A DNA stretch of 64,000 nt from an uncultured Candidatus Rokubacteria bacterium (GCA_963789955.1 CAWBMV010000034.1:864001-928000); one strand, 5' to 3'; shown: positions 12,947 through 24,626, counted from the first letter of the stretch. Notes: generated by a model not told the origin, from the letters alone. A program made the numbers and translations.

Positions 12947-13683
12947 TGCCGATCTTCGGCGAGCTCGAGCTCGGGACGATCGCGGAAGAGCTGCCGCGGC
13001 TGCGCGACCTCGACACGGAGGCGTGGGAGCTGCCGAAGGCCGAAATTTTACAAGTAGCGTGCGAGATCGCGGACGGCAGCCGCGCGCTGCTGCCGCGGGC
13101 GCTGCACCCGGCGATTCCCGAATACGTCACGTTCGTCGTGACCCGCTATCCCGAAAGCCCGGTCGGCCCGTTCGATCTGGCTCAGGTGCGGCTGATGGCG
13201 CGCGCCGGCGTCCATCCGCGCGGCTACGTGGTCGGAGCGGTGGCCTCGACCGCGAGCGCCGCGTCCGAGCTCCGCGCGCGCTGGGGCTATCCGGCGGCGC
13301 CGGGCGAGATCACGCTCAGGCGATATCACGACCGCGTGGCGGCCATGGTTCGACGCGAGGGCCAGACGATCCTCGAGATGGCGCTGATCGATCCGGAGAT
13401 CGTCTCGGGCGGCGATCTCCAGTACATCCACGGGATCACGCTCGCCCGCGTGGACGGCGCCTCGCAGCTGATCCAGGTCGATCCGCACTACACCCTGCAC
13501 AACGCGGCGCGCGGTCGTGCCCACGTGAGCCGGTTCGACGCGGCGGCGTGGCACGCGACCCCGATCACGTTGACCACGCCGATCTCGGCGAGCGTCTCCA
13601 CCTCGGACACGGATCTGCCGCGCATCCGTTTCGTGATGGACCCGGAAGCCCCGGTGGTCCGCGGGACCCGGAAAGTCCGCTGA
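12946..13683 (+). CDS. Acetoacetate decarboxylase-like fold protein
   Basis: LLPRALHP, YPESPVGPF, LRARWGYPAAPGEI pattern; TGATG coupling to the LLM gene. Confidence 0.7.
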   Translation: MPIFGELELGTIAEELPRLRDLDTEAWELPKAEILQVACEIADGSRALLPRALHPAIPEYVTFVVTRYPESPVGPFDLAQVRLMARAGVHPRGYVVGAVASTASAASELRARWGYPAAPGEITLRRYHDRVAAMVRREGQTILEMALIDPEIVSGGDLQYIHGITLARVDGASQLIQVDPHYTLHNAARGRAHVSRFDAAAWHATPITLTTPISASVSTSDTDLPRIRFVMDPEAPVVRGTRKVR

Positions 13684-13684
13684 G

Positions 13685-16600
13685 CTAGTCGCGCTTCGGG
13701 GATCCGTCCAGCGCGAGCCGCAGGTGCTGCATCAGCGCCTCGGGCGTGAACGGCTTGGGCAGCAGGATGATGTCCGGGTCGAGCACGCCGTGGTGGCCGA
13801 GCGCGTCGTCGGTGTACCCGGACATGTAGACGACCTTCGTGCCCGGCCGCAGCTCGAGCATCTTCCGCGCGAGCTCGGGGCCGCTCATCTGCGGCATGAC
13901 GACGTCGGTGAGCAAGAGATTGATCGACCGCGCCGCGTCGAGGCACAGACGCAGCGCCTCGTCGCCGCGCGCGGCTTCCAGCACGGTGTAGCCCGCCATC
14001 TCGAGAATCTCGCGGGTCAGCTCGCGCACGTCCGCCTCGTCCTCGACGAGCAGGATCGTCTCCGAGCCGCGCACCTCGCCGCCGCGCTCGGGCGCCTGCT
14101 CGGCGCGAGTGTCCTCCGTCGGGCTCGCGCACGGCAGGTAGATGTCGAAGGTCGTGCCCTGACCCTCTCCGCTCCGGACGCCGATGTAGCCGCCGTGCTG
14201 CTTCACGATGCCGTAGACCATCGAGAGCCCGAGACCGGTGCCGCGGCCCTTGTCCTTCGTCGTGAAGAACGGCTCGAAGATCCGCGCCTGGATCTCGGCG
14301 CTCATCCCGAGGCCGTCGTCGATCACCGACAGACGAACATGCGGGCCCGTCCCGGCGCCGGGATGCTCCCGCGCGAACGCTTCGTCGAGGTCGATGTCGG
14401 CCGTCTCGATCGTGAGCCGGCCGCCCCGCGGCATCGCGTCGCGGGCGTTGATCGCCAGATTCATCAACACCTGCTCGAGCTGGGTCGGGTCGGCCTTGAC
14501 CCGGTCGCGCCGAGCGCCCGGCACGGTCGTCAGCGCGATGTGCTCGCCGATCAGGCGCTGCAGCATCGAGACCGATTCGCCGACGGCGGCGTTGAGCTGC
14601 AGCACGCGCGGCTGCAGCACTTGTTGTCGGCTGAAGGCCAGGAGCTGCTTGGTGAGCGCCGCGGCCCGGTGCGCCGTCCGCTGGATCAGATCGAGATCCT
14701 GCCGTGGCTTCGTCCCCGGCTCGAAGCGCTTGAGGAGGATCTCGCAGCGGCCGTGGATGATCGTGAGTAGGTTATTGAAATCGTGGGCCACGCCGCCGGC
14801 CAGGCGGCCGATCGCGTCCATCTTCTGAGCCTGCAGGAGCGTCTCCTGAGCCCGCGACACTTCCTCGGCGGCCACCTGGACCTCGCGGAAGAGGCGCGCG
14901 TTCTCCAGCGCCGTCGCGGCCTGCGATGCGAACGCGGTGGCGATCGTCTCGTCCTCTTTCGAGAAACCGGCCAGGCGCCGCGTCCGGATCGACAGCACGC
15001 CGGTCACGCGCTCGCCGAGCTTGATCGGCACGCCGAGGAACGCGCGGTAGCCGAGCCGCTTGACGGCGCTGCGGTGGGCCGGGAGCAGCCGCGTGTCGTC
15101 GGTCACGTCGTCGAGCCGGAGCGGCGCGCCCATGCCCGCGACGAGACCGCTGAGGCTCTCGCCGATCTTGATTCTCGGCGTCGACATCGTTTCCTTGGCG
15201 TCGCCCAGGAGACCGGCGACGACGAGCTCGTCACCCTCCACCAGGCGAAATCCGACGGATTCCGACTCGAGGACCTCGCCGCACGCGGCCGCGATCGCCC
15301 CGAGGAGCTCCTCGACCGGCTGGATCCTCGACAGCTCGTGGCTCACGTCCAGCAGCGCCTCGAGCCGGGCTTGATAGGCGCGTTGCGCCTCGAGCAACTG
15401 GGCGTTGCGGATCGCGATACCCGTTTGCGCGGCGAGCCGGGTGAGCCGGGCCTCGTCCCGGTCGGTCAATGGTCGCGGCGAGCGGTTGTACACCACGAGC
15501 AGCCCTTCGACACGCGACTCCGTCTGGATCGGCACCGCCAGCGCGGCTTCGACGCTCTCCACCGGGATGAGCGGCTGCGGGTCGTTCCGGAGGCGCGAGT
15601 CGTGCGCGTAGTCGTCGGTCCGGAACGGCCGGCCGGTCAAGAGCACGTGACCGACGAGCCCCTCGCCCGGCACGATCTTCTCGCCTCCCGCCGCGGACAC
15701 CCCCGCCCAGTGGCGGACGATCATCGCCTGTGTCGCCAGGTCGCGGGTGGCGATGACGCCGAGGTCGGCCCGGCACAGCTCGCGCCCGGCGTCACACGCG
15801 TTCTTCAAGATCGTGTCGAGGTCGAGCGCGGCGGTGATCTGGCTTGCCAGCTCCGCGAAGATCTCGGCTTCGCGGCGTCGGCGCTCTGAATCCTCGAAGA
15901 GGCGAGCTTTCTCGAGCGCCATCGCCGCCTGGTCCACGAATGCCTGCGCCAGGCGCACCTCATCACTGTCGTAGGCGCGGCCTTCGTGGTCGCCGACCGC
16001 GATGGCGCCGACGACGCGATCGTCGACGATCATCGGGAGGGCCAGCGCCGACCGGTGCGGCCGAGACTGGAGCGATTCGCGCAGCTCGGGCGTCAGCGCG
16101 ATCCGCGGATCGGTGAGGACGTTCGTCGTCGCGACCGGGCGCCGGGTGCTGACGGCGCGGCCCATCGCGCCGGTCCCCGGGGGGAACACGATATCGTAGC
16201 CGGAGCCGTCGGCCGAGAGGTGGCGGCCGATGAGCGCGCCGCTGACCGGCTCGACGCGGACGAGCGCCGACGAGAGTCCCCCGAGGAGCGCCCGCAGGCT
16301 GTCGGCGATCCGTCCGGCGACCTCCTCGGCGTCGAGCGATTCGGTGACCAGCCGTCCGACTCCCGCGAGGACCTCGGCTTCCCATTTCCGGCGAGTCGTC
16401 TCGGAGTGGAGCCGCGCGTTGTCGAGCGCGATCGCGGCCTGGTCGACGAACGCCTGGGCGAGCCGGATCTCGTCCGGCGTGAAGACTCGACCCGTGCGCC
16501 CGAGCGCTGCGAGGGCTCCGAAGGCGCGGTCGCCGGCGATGAGCGGGAGCGCCAGGATCGCGCGATGCTCGAAGCTCTCGAGCGCCGCGTAGGTCTCGGG

Positions 16601-18477
16601 CGCGAGGGTGATCCGCGGATCGGCCAGCACGTCGGGGGTCGAGACCGGGCGCCCCTCGCGCACCGCGAGGCCGACCGCGGCCGTGCCGCGGGGGAGCGTG
16701 CTGTTCCAGTCGACGCCGACCCCCGCGCTCGCCAGGAGCACGAAGTCCCCGGTCTCGAGGCTGATCCGGTACAGCGTCGCCATGGCGGAGCCGAGGAGCG
16801 GTCCGATGCTGTCGACGATGCGCTGTCCGACCTCGTCGGGCTCGAGGGAGCGCGAGATGAGCCGACCCACTTCGGCGAGGATCTCGGCTTCGCGCCGGCG
16901 GCTTTCCATTTCGCGCAGGAGATGGGCGTTCCCGATCGCGACGGCCGCGTGATTGGCCAGGCGGCTGAGCGCCGCCTCGTCCCGATCGCTGAACGGGCGC
17001 GCGGTGCGGTTGAAGACGTAGAGCAGGCCCTTGAGCTCGCCGTCCTGGATGGGAATGACGATCTGCGCGACCACGCCCGTGGCCTCGACCTGGGGGGTGT
17101 AGTCCCGGGTGATCCGTGGATCCTCGGCGTAGTTCGTCGTCCGGAATGGCCGTCCGGTCGTCAGGACCAGCCCGCCGGAGCCCTTGCCCGGCTGAATCAG
17201 GAGACCGATGAGCGCGTCGTCCGCCGCGCTTCGCACGCCGCGCCGGTGGATCACCCGGACACCGTCGGTGCCGGCCTCCCGGAGGGCGATCTGGGCACCG
17301 TCGGCGCCGGTCATCTCGCAGGCGCCGTCGACGATGCGCGAGAGGATCGCCCAGAGATCCAGCGAGCTGTTGATCTGCCCGACGACCTCGGCGAGCACGT
17401 CGACCTCGTGGCGCCGCTTGGTCGCGTCGTCGAACAGCTGGACGCTTTCCAGCACGAGCGCTGCGTGATCGGCGAACGCCTGCGCCAGACGAATCTCGCT
17501 CTCCAGGAAGACGCGGCCCCCGGCGTCGCAGACGGCGAGGGCGCCGATGACGCGATCCTTGAGCTGGAGCGGCAGCGCGAGGACCGCTCGATTCGCGGCG
17601 CCTTCGAGCCGCTCGAGGATCGCCGGATCGTGGCGGATGCGCGGGTCGTCGGCGAAATTCGAAGTGGCGATGGGCCGGCGCTCACGCACGGCGAGCCCGA
17701 TCACGCCGGTCCCGCTCGGAAAGACCGTCCCAGGGCCCAGCGCTTGCTCCCGTTCGCCCAGCAGCGCGAGCGCGACCATCGCGCCGGTTTCGGGCACGAG
17801 GCGGTAGAGCGCCGCCTCCTGAGCCGCGAGCAAATTCCGCACGCTTTCCACCACGCGTCGAGCGACGGTGCCGAGATCGAGCGTCTCGCTGCTCAGACGA
17901 CTCAGCTCGGCCAGGGCCTCGGCGGTGCGGCGGCGGCGCTCGCTCTCGGCCAGGAGCCGGGAGTTGCGAATCGCCGCGCCGGCCTCCGCGATCAAGGCCT
18001 CGAGGATCTCGTATTCCTCGTTCGCGAGGTCGAAGGGCTGCTCGCCCAGGAGGACGAGGACTCCAACCACGGTGTTCTGATACGCGACCGGCAGCGCGTA
18101 CACGCTCCGGAGGCCGTGGGACGCGTACCACTCGCGCGCGACCATCGGCGTTCGGCTCAGATCGTCGGCCTTGATGGGCTCGTCGTGCAAGGTGACCCAG
18201 CCGGCGACGCCTTGACCGTAGGCGAGCCGCGGGTTCGGGTGTCCCGCGCCGATCGCGGCGTCCGAACACCCGCGTAGCTCGACGGTCCGGGTCGCTCGTC
18301 GGCGACCCAGAGAGACACGCATCGCGCGTCGGTGAGCCGTACCGCCGCGGCCGCGATCTGGCGAAGGATCTCGTCGGTGTCGAGGGACGAGGAGATGAGC
18401 TCGATGAGCTGGATCAAGGTGCGCAGCTTCCCCGCCAGCGCTTCCGAGGAGTCGACGCCGGGTCCGGTCGGATCCAC
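13685..18477 (-). CDS. Cytoplasmic hybrid sensor histidine kinase: 7 GAF + HisKA + HATPase + REC (frameshifts near 18280-18325)
   Basis: Seven GAF repeats with coiled linkers; QKMDAIGRLAGGVAHDFNNLL, NLAINARDAM, FEPFFTTK, GTGLGL; REC LLTDVVMP...KPF. Confidence 0.92.
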
Positions 18478-18812
18478 TATCCGAAGCTCCGCCGACGGCC
18501 CAGGGTCATCAGGGTGCGTCGAAGCGCGCTGGAGCCGAGCTTGCTGGACAGGAGAGCCCGGCCCGCGGTCCAGACGACTGTCACGAGCAGCACGGCAACA
18601 CCCTCGGGGACGATCGCCGTCGGCACCCGCGGTCTCGCGCTGGAGCTCTTGGGGTCCCAGGTGGGGACGTCCCAGGTGGGGAACGGGATGTCGTCGCCCC
18701 CGGCTGGGGCGGGCTTGGCGGCCGGCGGGGGCGCCCCGACGAAGCCGATCGTCAGAGCCAGACAGACCAGCAGCGCGGCCAGGACACAGCCGTACTGGCC
18801 CTGAACCGTCAT
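18477..18812 (-). CDS. Small two-helix membrane protein, hypothetical
   Basis: Overlaps both neighbours (ATGA and TAGTG coupling); two hydrophobic segments around a Pro/Trp-rich loop. Confidence 0.6.
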   Translation of the reverse strand: MTVQGQYGCVLAALLVCLALTIGFVGAPPPAAKPAPAGGDDIPFPTWDVPTWDPKSSSARPRVPTAIVPEGVAVLLVTVVWTAGRALLSSKLGSSALRRTLMTLGRRRSFG

Positions 18813-19246
18813 GGACTGGCGGTTCCGTTCGAGGCGACCGAGACTCTCGGGACCGCTTCGCCTTCGGGACTGAAGATCCGCGAGACGACGCGATCGAGAC
18901 GCTGCAGATCGATCGGCTTGTGGATGTACTGGAGGATGCCGAGCTGACGAGCTTGCACCTCGGTGGCGGGGCTGTAGTCACCCGTCGTCATGACGACCGG
19001 CAGGCCCGGCTCGATCGCGCGGAGCCTGCGGACGAGGTCGCCTCCGGGCATGTCGAGGAGATTCACGTCGACGACCGCGAGGCCGAGGCGAAATCTCCCG
19101 ATGAGCCGCATGGCCTCGAGCCCTCGCGCGGTGGGGTACGCGCGGAGCCGCGCCTGGAGCAGGAAGTTCGCGACGGACCGCGCCGAGGCCTCGTCGCCGT
19201 CGGCGACGAGGATCCAAGGTTGTCCGGCGGACTCCCGGAAATTCAT
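18809..19246 (-). CDS. Single-domain response regulator
   Basis: ILVADGD, AVVDVNLLDMPG, VVMTTG, YIHKPID. Confidence 0.88.
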   Translation of the reverse strand: MNFRESAGQPWILVADGDEASARSVANFLLQARLRAYPTARGLEAMRLIGRFRLGLAVVDVNLLDMPGGDLVRRLRAIEPGLPVVMTTGDYSPATEVQARQLGILQYIHKPIDLQRLDRVVSRIFSPEGEAVPRVSVASNGTASP

Positions 19247-19259
19247 GCTTCTCGTAGAG

Positions 19260-19275
19260 AGCAGGTTCAGTGCCA
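19260..19275 (-). promoter_or_regulatory. Sigma-54 (-24/-12) promoter
   Basis: Minus strand reads TGGCAC-TGAAC-CTGCT, with the exact GG-N10-GC spacing, upstream of the REC-membrane protein-kinase genes. Confidence 0.65.
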
Positions 19276-19374
19276 GAGGCCGTCGTAGCTTTGAAATCGA
19301 GAAGTTGCACGAGCGCGGTCGCGGGCACTCCGCCGCGCCTTGACAGAATTGACGGTCTCCGGTTGACGGTGCCG

Positions 19375-20727
19375 CTAGACCAGGCCGAACTTCTTGATGC
19401 GGCGATACAGCGTGCGGACGGTGAGACCGAGCGCGCGAGCGGCCTGCTCCTTGTCGTTTCGGAACCGATCGAGGGCCCGCGCGATGAGATCGCGCTCGGC
19501 CTGATCGAGAGTCGGGAGCGTGTCGACGACTGCGACGGCGGCGGGCGTCTCGACCTTCGTCGTGAGATCGGGAAGGTTGGTCCGCTCGATCTCATCACGC
19601 GCGCCGAGGGCGAAGGCTCGCTCGATAAGATTCTCAAGTTCGCGAACGTTACCCGGAAAGTCGTAGGCCGTCAGCGCCGCCATCGCGTCGGGGGCGATAC
19701 CCTTGACGTCACGCCGGAAGCGCTCGTTGAACCGGCGGAGGAAATACGTGAGGAGCGCGGGAATATCGCTCCGGCGCTCCCGAAGCGGGGGCACGACGAT
19801 CCTGACGACGTTGAGCCGATAGAACAGATCCTGTCGAAACCCCCCATTCTGAACGACGGCTTCGAGGTTCTTGTTGGTCGCGGCGATCATCCTGACGCTG
19901 ACCGTGTGCGTCTTCGTCGAGCCGACGGGCCGGATCTCCTTCTCCTGCAGGACCCGGAGCAGCTTGGCCTGGAGGGCCGGCGAGAGCTCGGCGATCTCGT
20001 CCAGGAAGAGCGTGCCGCCATGGGCCGAGCGGAAGAGCCCGAGCGCGTCGGCGACGGCACCCGAGAAGGCCCCGCGCACGTGGCCGAAGAACTCCGACTC
20101 CAGCAGGTCGGCCGGGATCGCGCTGCAGTTGACCGGAACGAACGGGCCCTTGGACCGCCCGGACTGCCGGTGGATGGCCGCGGCCACCAGTTCCTTGCCG
20201 GTGCCGCTCTCGCCCTCGATCAGCACCGGCGAGTCGGAGTCCGACACTTTGGCGATGACCTCTCGTACCCGCGTCATCCCCGCCGAGTTGCCCACCAGAT
20301 CCTTCACGGCCAGGTGCTCGGCCAGGCGGTTTCTGAGCGAGTGCACCTCGCGGCTCAGGAAGCGCTTCTCCAGAACCTGCTGCATGAGGTGCTGGAGCTC
20401 GTCCAGGTTGAGGGGCTTGATGAGGTAGTCGTAGGCTCCCGACTTCAACGCCTGGACGGCGGTCTCGACCATCGGGTTGCCGGTCATCATCACGACCTCG
20501 AGCGCCGGGTCGTGACGCTTCATCTCGTCGAGAACTTGAAGTCCGTCCATCTCGGGCATCCAGATGTCGACCAGCGCGGCGTCGAAGATCTGGTGGCTGA
20601 TCAGGTCGACGGCCTCCCGGCCGCTCGCCACGTGGGTGACGTCGTAGTTCCAGGAGCTCAGCGCATCGCGCATGAACTCTCCGACGTCGGCGTCATCGTC
20701 GACCACGAGCACACGCGGACGATCCAT
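19375..20727 (-). CDS. NtrC/Fis-family sigma-54-dependent response regulator
   Basis: REC (VVDDD, VDIWMP), GESGTGKE, GAFSGA, LFLDEI, FRQDLFYRL, PGNVREL, C-terminal HTH. Confidence 0.95.
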   Translation of the reverse strand: MDRPRVLVVDDDADVGEFMRDALSSWNYDVTHVASGREAVDLISHQIFDAALVDIWMPEMDGLQVLDEMKRHDPALEVVMMTGNPMVETAVQALKSGAYDYLIKPLNLDELQHLMQQVLEKRFLSREVHSLRNRLAEHLAVKDLVGNSAGMTRVREVIAKVSDSDSPVLIEGESGTGKELVAAAIHRQSGRSKGPFVPVNCSAIPADLLESEFFGHVRGAFSGAVADALGLFRSAHGGTLFLDEIAELSPALQAKLLRVLQEKEIRPVGSTKTHTVSVRMIAATNKNLEAVVQNGGFRQDLFYRLNVVRIVVPPLRERRSDIPALLTYFLRRFNERFRRDVKGIAPDAMAALTAYDFPGNVRELENLIERAFALGARDEIERTNLPDLTTKVETPAAVAVVDTLPTLDQAERDLIARALDRFRNDKEQAARALGLTVRTLYRRIKKFGLV

Positions 20728-20734
20728 CGGCGAC

Positions 20735-21562
20735 TTACCCCCTTGTCCGACGATCGCAGCGGGCCAGGAACTCGAGCACGGCACGGTTCCAGGCCTCGGG
20801 CTGGTCACGGTTGGCGAAGTGGCTCGCCGGCGAGAGCACCACCAGCTTCGAGCCGCGAACCTTTCTGTGCATCACCCTCATCGGCGCCAGGGAGGGGTCG
20901 CGGTCGCCGCCGATGAGCAGCACCGGCATCCGCAGGCGCGGCAGCTGATCGGTGATGTGGTCCATCGCGAGCAGCGCCCGCAGGGAGTTCGCGTACCCTA
21001 TCGGTGAGAGCCGGCGGTACTCCTCGTAGAACTCATCCCTGGCCGAGGGGTCGAGGGCCAGCCGCTCCGAGAGGTTCGGGTTGGCGGCCATCGCGTACTC
21101 CGCCATGGCGTCCATTCCCTTCGTGAGCGTGATCTCGATCGAGCGCGCGCGCATCACGAGATTCTCGACGGAGAGCGGCAGCCCGGCGGCGGACGACGAG
21201 TTGGTCACCATCAGCGCCCGGACGCGCGACGGAAAGCGCAGCGCGAAGCGGGTGGCGATCCCGGCGCCCAGCGAGAGCCCGCCGACGTGCGCCTTCCGGA
21301 TCCCGAGGTGGTCGAGCACCGTCTTTAGGTCCAGCGCCCAGCGCCCGAACGAGAACTTGGCGGCGTCTTCCGGACTGTCGGACCGCGCGTGGCCGCGCGG
21401 CTCCCAGAGCACCAGCCGGTGGTGGGCCGCGAGGGCGTCGCGGTTCACGTCCCACATGTCGGCGTTGCCACCGATCCCGTAGGCGAGCACCAGAGGGGTG
21501 CCCCGGCGGCCGTGCTCCTCGTAGTAGAGCCGCACCCGGTCGTCGGTCCTGGCGAATGGCAC
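20735..21562 (-). CDS. Alpha/beta hydrolase (enol-lactonase-like)
   Basis: RGHARSDSP, GLSLGA nucleophile elbow, GGDRD, SHFAN; divergent from the aromatic cluster. Confidence 0.85.
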   Translation of the reverse strand: MPFARTDDRVRLYYEEHGRRGTPLVLAYGIGGNADMWDVNRDALAAHHRLVLWEPRGHARSDSPEDAAKFSFGRWALDLKTVLDHLGIRKAHVGGLSLGAGIATRFALRFPSRVRALMVTNSSSAAGLPLSVENLVMRARSIEITLTKGMDAMAEYAMAANPNLSERLALDPSARDEFYEEYRRLSPIGYANSLRALLAMDHITDQLPRLRMPVLLIGGDRDPSLAPMRVMHRKVRGSKLVVLSPASHFANRDQPEAWNRAVLEFLARCDRRTRG

Positions 21563-21608
21563 GGGGGTATCTTAGCCGCCCGCGGTTTCGTGGCCCAAGG
21601 TTTCGCAC

Positions 21609-21638
21609 TTGACACGGATTCGGGCAATTCAGTATTTT
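21609..21638 (+). promoter_or_regulatory. Sigma-70-type promoter of the hcr/box operon
   Basis: TTGACA-18 nt-TATTTT in an AT-rich intergenic stretch, about 50 bp upstream of the 2Fe-2S gene. Confidence 0.6.
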
Positions 21639-21688
21639 TAAAGCGTCCTTAAGTCCCAGTAAATCGTCTCAGCGCCGGTGGAGCCCCA

Positions 21689-22174
21689 ATGAAGGTGCGC
21701 GTCACCTTGAACGTCAACGGCGAGTCGCGCGAGGCGCTCGTGCCGACCCACAAGACTCTGCTCGAAGTGCTTCGGGAAGATCTCGGGCTCACCGGGACCA
21801 AGCACGGCTGCGAGCTCGGCGAATGCGGCACGTGCACCGTGCTCGTCGACGGCGAGCCGGTGCTGTCGTGCCTGGCGCTTCCGGTCGAGACCGAGGGCCG
21901 CCGGATCACGACGGTGGAGGGGATGGCGGAGGGCGGGCGCCTGCATCCGCTTCAGCAAGCCTTCGCCGAGCTGGGCGCCGCGCAGTGCGGATACTGCACG
22001 CCCGGCATCTTATTGACGGCCACCGCCCTCCTCGCGGAGCGGCCCAGCCCGACACGGCAGGAGGTCAAGGAGGCGCTGGCCGGCAACCTCTGCCGCTGCA
22101 CCGGCTACACGAAGATCCTCGACGCCGTCGAGCTCGCGGCCCTGCGGATGGGACGCCAGGAGGCCCGTACATGA
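21689..22174 (+). CDS. hcrC: Xanthine-dehydrogenase-family 2Fe-2S subunit (4-hydroxybenzoyl-CoA reductase gamma-like)
   Basis: GTKHGCELGECGTCTV...LSCL, QCGYCTPG, NLCRCTGY. Confidence 0.85.
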   Translation: MKVRVTLNVNGESREALVPTHKTLLEVLREDLGLTGTKHGCELGECGTCTVLVDGEPVLSCLALPVETEGRRITTVEGMAEGGRLHPLQQAFAELGAAQCGYCTPGILLTATALLAERPSPTRQEVKEALAGNLCRCTGYTKILDAVELAALRMGRQEART

Positions 22175-24626
22175 CCAAGAACGAGTTCGCGGTCATCGGC
22201 CGGCCGCTCCCGAAAGTCGATGCGTGGGCGAAGGTCGTCGGCGAGACGAAATACGCCGACGATCTCTTCCTGCCGCGCATGGCGTACGCCAAGCTCCTCC
22301 GCAGCTCCCACGCCCACGCCCGCATCAAATCCATCGACACCACGCGTGCCCGCGCTCTGCCCGGCGTGTTCGCGGTCGTCACGGCCGAGGACTTGCCCCG
22401 GGTGAAGTTCGGCATCTTGCCGGTGTCGCAGGACGAAGAGGCGCTCTGCGCGGAGAAGGTCCGCATGGTCGGCGATCCGGTCGCCGCGGTCGCGGCGGTG
22501 GACGAGGAGACCGCCGAGCAGGCGTGCCGGCTGATCGAGGTCGACTACGAGCCGTTGCCGGCGCTCATGTCGATCTTCGACTCGCTCGCGCATCCCGAAG
22601 TCCGCATCCACGACTACGGCGACGGCCCGAACGTCCACAAGAACGTCGCACTCCAGTTCGGCGACGTGGACGCGGCGCTCGACGGCGCCCATCTGGTGCG
22701 CGAGGACGTGTTCTTCTTCGAGGGCAACACTCACCTGCCGATGGAGCAGCACGCCGCCGTCGCCCACTGGGCGGCCGACGGCAAGCTGACCCTCTGGTCC
22801 TCGACGCAGACACCGCACTACGTGCACCGGGTCCTCGCGAAGGTGCTCGACACGCCGGCCGCGCACATCCGGGTCGTCGCGACTCCGGTCGGCGGCGGCT
22901 TCGGCGGCAAGACGGATCCGTTCTCGCACGAGATCGTCGTCTGCCAGCTCTCGAAGCTGACGGGACGGCCGGTGAAGATCGCGCTGACGCGGGAAGAAGT
23001 CTTCTACACGCACCGTGGACGCCATCCCGTGCTCATGTGGATCAAGACCGGATTCACGAAGCAGGGTGACATCACCGGCTGCCACCTGCGGACCTGGCTC
23101 GATGGCGGCGCGTACGGCTCGTACGGCGTCGCGTCCACCTTCTATACCGGCGTGATCAATCCGGTCACCTACAAGATCCCCGTCTACAAGTTCGAGGGCG
23201 CGCGCATCTTCACCAACAAGCCGCCGTGCGGACCCAAGCGCGGCCACGGCACGGTCCAGCCCCGCTTCGCCCTCGAATGTCAGCTCGACAAGGCGGCCGA
23301 GCAGCTCGGGCTCGATCCCGCCGACATGCGGCGGCGGATCGTCGCCGAGCCGTTCACCAAGACGGCGAACCACCTGACGGTCACGACCATCGGTCTGGGC
23401 GAGTGCATCGACAAGGTCGTGGAAGCCTCCGGCTGGCGCGACAAGCGCGCCCGCTACGGCGTTTCGGCGAAGCCTGCGCCCGGGAAGCCCGCGGGAGCTC
23501 GTCTGCCAAGAAGCGCGGGCTGGGGATCGCCTGCTCGGCGTACCTCACCGGAGCCGGCACCGCGATCTACTGGAACGACATGCCCCACTCCGGCGTGATC
23601 GCCCGAGCCGATCGCAGCGGTGGTGTCAGCGTGCTGTGCGGCGCCACCGACATCGGCCAGGGCTCGGACTCGATCCTGGCCTATCTGACCGCGGAAGTCC
23701 TCGGCATCGAGCCGAAGGACATCCACGTGCAGCCGGCCGACACGACCCTGACGCCCGTCGATCTGGGCTCCTACTCGTCGCGCGTGACGCTGATGTGTGG
23801 CATGGCGGCGATCCAGGCCGCCCAGCGTCTCCGCGACGCCATCTTCAAGGCGGTGGCGCAGAAGCTCGAGGTGAGCCCGGCGGCCCTCGTGGCGCGCGAG
23901 CGCAAGATCGGCGTGCCCGACGACTGGGACCGCGCCGTGCCGTTCGCGCGAGGCGTGGAGCTCGGGGAGGCGCTACACGGTGTCCTCGCGTTTCCCGGCT
24001 CGTACGCGCCGCCCAAGCGCGCCGGCAAGTACAAGGGCGGAGGCGTCGGGCCGTCGCCGTGCTACTCGTATTCGGCGTGTGTCGTGGAGCTGACCGTCGA
24101 CGAAGAGACCGGCACCGTCGATCTCGAGAACGTGTGGATCGGCCACGACATCGGGCGCGCGCTGAATCCGCTCCTGGTCGAGGGACAGGTCGAGGGCTCG
24201 GTGTACATGGGGATCGGCGAAGCCTTGATGGAGGAGCAGGTGTTCAGGAAGAATCTCCACAAGCATCCGTCGATGCTCGAGTACAAGAGCCCGACTACGC
24301 TCGAGACGCCGGAGATCCACACGATTCTCGTCGAGACCGACGACCCCGAAGGGCCCTTCGGCGCCAAGGAAGCGGGCCAGGGCCCGCTCCTGCCGGTGAT
24401 CCCGGCGATCGCGAACGCCCTGCATCACGCGCTCGGCATCCGCATCGACGAGGTGCCGATCACCGCCGACAAGATCCTCAAGGCCCTCGATCTGAAGCGC
24501 GCGGGAAAGCCGGCGCGCGTCGGGCCGACGCGCCTGCCGCTGCTCACGTTCAAGCAGCCGCTCGCGGTCGAATCCGCATTCGGGCAGCCGGCCGACGCCA
24601 TCGTCTCCAGACCATTCGCGAAATGA
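22171..24626 (+). CDS. hcrA: Xanthine-dehydrogenase-family molybdopterin subunit (4-hydroxybenzoyl-CoA reductase alpha-like; frameshift near 23500)
   Basis: HAHARI, VGGGFGGK, GPKRGHG, DIGQGS, DLGSYSSRVT, VEGQVEG, GPFGAKEAGQG. Confidence 0.8.

Noticed and set aside
11860..13683. 607-aa LLM-ADC fusion
   Set aside because: The LLM C-terminus lies in a shifted frame ending at 12946, with TGATG coupling to the next gene.
13724..18277. Long plus-strand ORFs opposite the kinase, and similar antisense ORFs elsewhere
   Set aside because: Shadow frames of high-GC coding sequence with no motifs.
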